Below are positions 27,231 to 29,380 of a stretch of DNA of 29,380 bases, piece by piece (the first letter of the stretch is position 1; the number at the start of each line of letters is the position of its first letter). Made by a program: the position numbers and the translations under genes. The notes under the pieces are model-generated. The model saw only the letters and a list, made by a program, of their open reading frames with translations, had not been told where the DNA came from and made no database searches. The DNA is from an uncultured Nitrosopumilales archaeon (GTDB lineage Archaea > Thermoproteota > Nitrososphaeria > Nitrososphaerales > CAYNJB01), in the NCBI GenBank assembly GCA_964397515.1, contig CAYNJB010000001.1, forward strand, positions 1-29,380. Direction: 5' to 3'.

Positions 27231-28889
27231 TTGAGGAGCGATGTTATTAAAAAAGGGTTTGATAGGGCCCCGCATAGAAGTCTTTTAAAGGCGTTGGGAC
27301 TTGTTGATAGTGATTTAGAAAAACCGTTTATAGGGATTGCTAATTCATTTGTAGAAATAGTTCCAGGCCATAGTCATTTACATGAACTCGGTAAGATTGT
27401 GAAGCAAGGAGTAAGAGAAGCAGGTGGTATGCCTTTTGAGTTTAACACAATAGCTGTAGATGATGGGATTGCTATGGGTCACTTGGGGATGAGATATTCC
27501 CTCCCAAGCAGGGAATTGATTGCTGATTCGATAGAAACAATGGTTCAAGCACATTGTTTTGATGGACTTGTTTGCATAACTAATTGTGATAAAATTGTTC
27601 CTGGAATGCTTATGGGTGCAGTACGAGTTAACATACCGACTATTATTGTTAGTGGAGGACCAATGCTAGCTGGGAAGACATCTAAAGACAAAGTGATTGA
27701 TCTTTCTTCTGTGTTTGAAGCGGTTGGTTCTCACCAGGCTGGACTAATAACAGATTCTGAATTCAAAGAAATAGAGGATTTAGCTTGTCCAAGTTGTGGT
27801 TCCTGTTCCGGTCTTTTCACTGCAAACTCAATGAATTGTTTGTGTGAAGCCTTGGGTATATCTTTACCAGGTAATGGAACTATACTTGCGGTTTCTCCGG
27901 ATAGAATTAAACTTGCTAAAAAAGCTGGACAGAGTATCCTTAGATTAATTGATCTAGATTTGAAACCTAGGGACATTATCACAATGGAATCTATAGACAA
28001 TGCTATGATTTTAGATATGGCAATGGGTGGATCAACTAACACAGTATTACATCTCTTGGCCGTTGCTAAAGAATCAGGAATAGAATATTCATTAAAGAGA
28101 GTTGATGATCTAACTGGAAAAGTACCTCAGATATGTAAAGTTAGTCCAGCGTCACAATATCACATGGAAGATGTGGATAGAGCAGGCGGAGTAAGCGCTA
28201 TTCTCAAAGAGATAAGTAAAAAAAATATTCTACAATTAGATCAGGTCACTGTTACTACTGAAACCCTTGCAAATAACATTAGAAATTCTGAAGTAAAAGA
28301 TAAATTAGTAATTCATTCTATAGATAATCCATATCGGTCTAATGGAGGGCTTGCTGTTTTTTACGGAAATTTAGCTCCTGAGGGAGCTTTACTTAAAATT
28401 GGAGCAGTGGAATCAGACATTATCCATACAGGTAAATCGGTTATTTTTAATTCACAAGACTCAGCTATCAAAGGAATTAAATCAGGTTTAATTAAAAAAG
28501 GTGATGTTGTAGTTATTAGATATGAGGGACCAAAAGGTGGTCCAGGAATGCCAGAGATGTTAGCACCGACAGCTATGATTGTAGGACAGGGACTTGGTAA
28601 GGATGTTGCACTTCTGACTGATGGAAGATTTTCAGGGGCAACTAGAGGGATTTGTATTGGACATATTTCACCAGAAGCCGCACTAGGAGGCCCAATAGGA
28701 TTTCTTGAAGAGGGGGACATAATAACAATAGATTTGCCTAAAAGAAAAGTTGATGTAAAAATTTCCAGTGAAGAACTTGAAGATAGGAGAAAAAGATGGG
28801 TTGCACCAAATCCGAAAATTTCAACAGGATATCTTGCAAGGTATACAAAGTTTGTTTCTTCGGCTAGTAATGGAGCGGTACTGCAATAA
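27231..28889 (+). CDS. ilvD: Dihydroxy-acid dehydratase
   Basis: [77 protein letters not shown]; TTG start. Confidence 0.97.
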   Translation: MRSDVIKKGFDRAPHRSLLKALGLVDSDLEKPFIGIANSFVEIVPGHSHLHELGKIVKQGVREAGGMPFEFNTIAVDDGIAMGHLGMRYSLPSRELIADSIETMVQAHCFDGLVCITNCDKIVPGMLMGAVRVNIPTIIVSGGPMLAGKTSKDKVIDLSSVFEAVGSHQAGLITDSEFKEIEDLACPSCGSCSGLFTANSMNCLCEALGISLPGNGTILAVSPDRIKLAKKAGQSILRLIDLDLKPRDIITMESIDNAMILDMAMGGSTNTVLHLLAVAKESGIEYSLKRVDDLTGKVPQICKVSPASQYHMEDVDRAGGVSAILKEISKKNILQLDQVTVTTETLANNIRNSEVKDKLVIHSIDNPYRSNGGLAVFYGNLAPEGALLKIGAVESDIIHTGKSVIFNSQDSAIKGIKSGLIKKGDVVVIRYEGPKGGPGMPEMLAPTAMIVGQGLGKDVALLTDGRFSGATRGICIGHISPEAALGGPIGFLEEGDIITIDLPKRKVDVKISSEELEDRRKRWVAPNPKISTGYLARYTKFVSSASNGAVLQ

Positions 28890-28931
28890 TATATCTATTA
28901 TTAGAATTCCGATAAAAAATTAGTTAGATAG

Positions 28932-28946
28932 CGAAAAATTTAAATC
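28932..28946 (+). promoter_or_regulatory. Putative BRE/TATA promoter for cimA
   Basis: CGAAAAA directly followed by TTTAAATC (28939-28946); a good archaeal BRE-TATA match implying a TSS near 28968-28971. Confidence 0.6.
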
Positions 28947-28985
28947 TAAACACTTAAACTGGAACTTCAAATAGGTGAAAAGCGA

Positions 28986-29380
28986 ATCGATTCAACCATT
29001 GAAGTTCTTGACACAACATTAAGAGATGGATCTCAAAGTTACGGTGTATCATTTTCTCTTCAAGATAAATTAAGTATAGTCAAAAGACTTGACCAAACTG
29101 GAATTCAATATATAGAAGGAGGTTGGCCTGGATCAAATCCTAAAGATGTAAGTTTCTTTAAAAAAGCTAAGAAACTTAAACTAGACAATTCTGAAATAGT
29201 TGCATTTTCTAGTACAAAACATAAAAAAAACTCAGTAACTAAAGACTTGGCACTGAATTCTATAATAGAAGCAGAAGTAGAAACTGCTGTGATTTTTGGA
29301 AAAACCTGGAAACTTCATATTGATAAGGTCTTAAACTTAAGCATTAAAGATAATATCAGGATAATAGAAGAATCTATTTC
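28986..29380 (+). CDS. cimA: Citramalate synthase (LeuA-related, TIGR00977-like), 3'-truncated by the window edge, no canonical start codon
   Basis: IEVLDTTLRDGSQ, YIEGGWPGSNPKD, AFSST, IFGKTW; the GGWPGSNPKD signature is typical of this citramalate synthase subfamily. In-frame stop at 28947-28949; ATC at 28986 is used as a provisional start. Confidence 0.8.
   Translation, partial: MDSTIEVLDTTLRDGSQSYGVSFSLQDKLSIVKRLDQTGIQYIEGGWPGSNPKDVSFFKKAKKLKLDNSEIVAFSSTKHKKNSVTKDLALNSIIEAEVETAVIFGKTWKLHIDKVLNLSIKDNIRIIEESI

Noticed and set aside
1111-28720. Short ORF-track calls overlapping major genes (e.g. 1111-1335, 2464-2685, 4770-4955, 5330-5734, 7879-8079, 9109-9312, 10099-10299, 10429-10866, 13677-14072, 17281-17643, 20262-20555, 24699-24920, 26610-26855, 27731-28042, 28361-28720)
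   Set aside because: They lie antisense to, or in alternative frames of, confidently identified genes, have Ser/Ile/Phe-rich shadow composition and show no motifs. 9109-9312 is the antisense of copA and the YHS gene.
8424-28981. General homopolymer under-calling as the single explanation for the nitroreductase, leuA and cimA anomalies (each can be changed by adding one base to a run)
   Set aside because: Not excluded, but many A/T runs of 7-9 nt in pcm, bax1, pus10 and cimA keep frame, the cimA run is only A4, and the leuA fix would create an unusual fusion. It remains the main alternative to test with reads.
1-29380. CRISPR arrays, IS elements, integrases, att sites, rRNA or tRNA genes
   Set aside because: No regularly spaced repeats, terminal inverted repeats, transposase or integrase motifs, or RNA gene signatures were seen by eye.

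Overview
AT-rich archaeal chromosome segment. Gene order and protein style point to TACK, probably Nitrososphaerota-like (inference; no lineage marker such as amoA is in the window). It carries housekeeping genes (3' part of EF-2, HD hydrolase, AN1-finger/site-2 protease fusion, pcm, fen1, cdc48, EF-1beta, dph6-srp54-pus10), a copA-YHS copper module, an E1-like ThiF/MoeB enzyme, an XPB-Bax1 pair, ferritin, an LhgO-like oxidase, a thioredoxin, and a branched-chain amino acid (BCAA) cluster (leuB> <leuA<ilvH<ilvB | ilvD> cimA>). I saw no tRNA, rRNA, CRISPR array or mobile element. Reading outside the ORF track gave several things. (1) A 32-codon ORF with 15 Leu/Ile/Val codons (4 CTA) lies 57 nt upstream of ilvB, a candidate archaeal BCAA-sensing leader peptide. 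(2) leuA and cimA both lack an in-frame ATG/GTG/TTG before their catalytic DTTLRDG motif, and each has an Ile codon (ATA, ATC) behind an SD-like motif. (3) A nitroreductase is split by a -1 frameshift at an A9 / A_AAA_AAG site. (4) There is an unlisted 47-aa YHS protein and an unlisted 45-aa coiled-coil ORF. (5) The EF-2 diphthamide loop reads HRT instead of HRG. All regulatory interpretations are hypotheses from sequence alone.
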